A DNA stretch of 24,000 bases from Propionicimonas sp. (GTDB taxonomy: Bacteria > Actinomycetota > Actinomycetes > Propionibacteriales > Propionibacteriaceae): the NCBI RefSeq assembly GCF_013791955.1, contig NZ_VMSW01000002.1. One strand, 5' to 3'. Made by a program: the position numbers and the translations under genes. Under the pieces are notes generated by a model, which was given only the letters and a program-made list of their open reading frames with translations, was not told the origin of the DNA and did not search any database. Shown here one piece after another: positions 23,407 through 24,000 of this stretch. The first letter of the stretch is position 1, and every line of letters starts with the position of its first letter.

Positions 23407-24000
23407 GACAGGCCACCTTCGCTGACGGTGTGGATCGCGGCTCGGCGGCGGCTCGCGGACTGTTGCAGGGCCAGGGCAGCGGCACGCGCTGACTGAACCA
23501 TCGCCGAGTGGTTGAAGTTCTTCGGGTTCACGGGGCGGGCGGGATCCTCGCCGAAGGCGAACACGTCGGCGTTGACCGGGTCGAAGGCCATGGTGGCCAG
23601 GATCGGGAGTTTGAGGACGCGGCGGATTTCGTCGCTGGGGTTGGGTCGGCCGGGGCCGACGATCGCCAGGCCGAACGCGGATGGGTCGGTGGCGGCTTCG
23701 ATGGTCGGTTGCCAGGCTCTGGCTGCGACGATGGCGGGCAGGGTTGAGCGGGTGACCAGGACGGCGAGGTCGGCGGCGCTGATGGCGGCCATCGGGGCGT
23801 ATCGGGCCGAGAGGCGTCCGGCGTCGATGATCACGTCGATGCCGGCTTTGTCGAGGCCGGCAAGGACGGGCATCAGGTCGGGCCACAGGCCTGCAACGGA
23901 TGCGGCTTGCCCTACAGCCTGGATCCCCGGCATGAAGCTGACGTTTGAGTTCGGCAGCTGCAAAGTGGCCGCCTTCAGCGTTTCGGCGACTTGGCCGTGC
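23403..24000 (-). CDS. TadZ/CpaE-like ParA/MinD-family protein, C-terminal part (5' end outside the window)
   Basis: The frame stays open to the window edge (HGQVAETLKAAT precedes the listed start). GIDVIIDAGRL...ADLAVLVTRSTLPAIVAA is the typical ParA-fold C-terminal half. It lies immediately upstream of tadA. Confidence 0.7.
   Translation of the reverse strand, partial: HGQVAETLKAATLQLPNSNVSFMPGIQAVGQAASVAGLWPDLMPVLAGLDKAGIDVIIDAGRLSARYAPMAAISAADLAVLVTRSTLPAIVAARAWQPTIEAATDPSAFGLAIVGPGRPNPSDEIRRVLKLPILATMAFDPVNADVFAFGEDPARPVNPKNFNHSAMVQSARAAALALQQSASRRRAAIHTVSEGGLS

Noticed and set aside
21877-23886. A 669-aa ORF suggesting a much longer TadA with a 160-aa N-terminal extension
   Set aside because: The extension is an Arg/Pro/His-rich low-complexity run, typical of out-of-context translation in GC-rich DNA. 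It fully overlaps the TadZ-like gene. ATG 23406 forms an ATGA junction with that gene's stop.
1-24000. CRISPR arrays, tRNA/rRNA genes, integrase or att sites, and a tnpA (Y1 or serine recombinase) partner for tnpB
   Set aside because: I saw no regularly spaced repeats. I saw no tRNA-like T-arm (GGTTCGAATCC-type) context. No ORF has recombinase, HUH or integrase motifs. By eye, none is present in this window.

Overview
This is high-GC, gene-dense DNA of actinobacterial type: GTG/TTG starts, ATGA/GTGA stop-start overlaps and apparently leaderless genes. It looks like part of a plasmid or integrative conjugative element. I read three blocks. (1) 1-6.7 kb holds the end of a conjugation module on the minus strand (small membrane protein, TcpC-like protein). 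A plus-strand block follows: a sigma-70 region-4-like protein, several small hypothetical genes, two paralogous XRE-HTH regulators and a MucR/Ros-type zinc-finger protein. (2) 6.8-13.4 kb is an accessory patchwork. It holds a three-gene cassette with its own AT-rich promoter (AAA-type ATPase, CoiA-like PD-(D/E)xK nuclease, DUF3800-like protein). It also holds a toxin/RHH-antitoxin pair, a scar of two convergent gene fragments, and a TnpB-like RNA-guided nuclease gene with an intact D-E-D triad. The tnpB gene is packed directly behind a small ORF and a SARP/BTAD-like regulator, and the unit is bracketed by ~100-nt direct repeats. (3) 13.4-24 kb is one long minus-strand, translationally coupled Tad/Flp pilus operon: TadZ-like (partial), TadA, TadB, TadC, Flp, 2x TadE-like, TadG-like. 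It continues into a 956-aa LysM + wHTH/BTAD membrane protein and four exported or membrane proteins of unknown function. I saw no rRNA, tRNA or CRISPR array. All family names come from motif recognition by eye, not from database searches.
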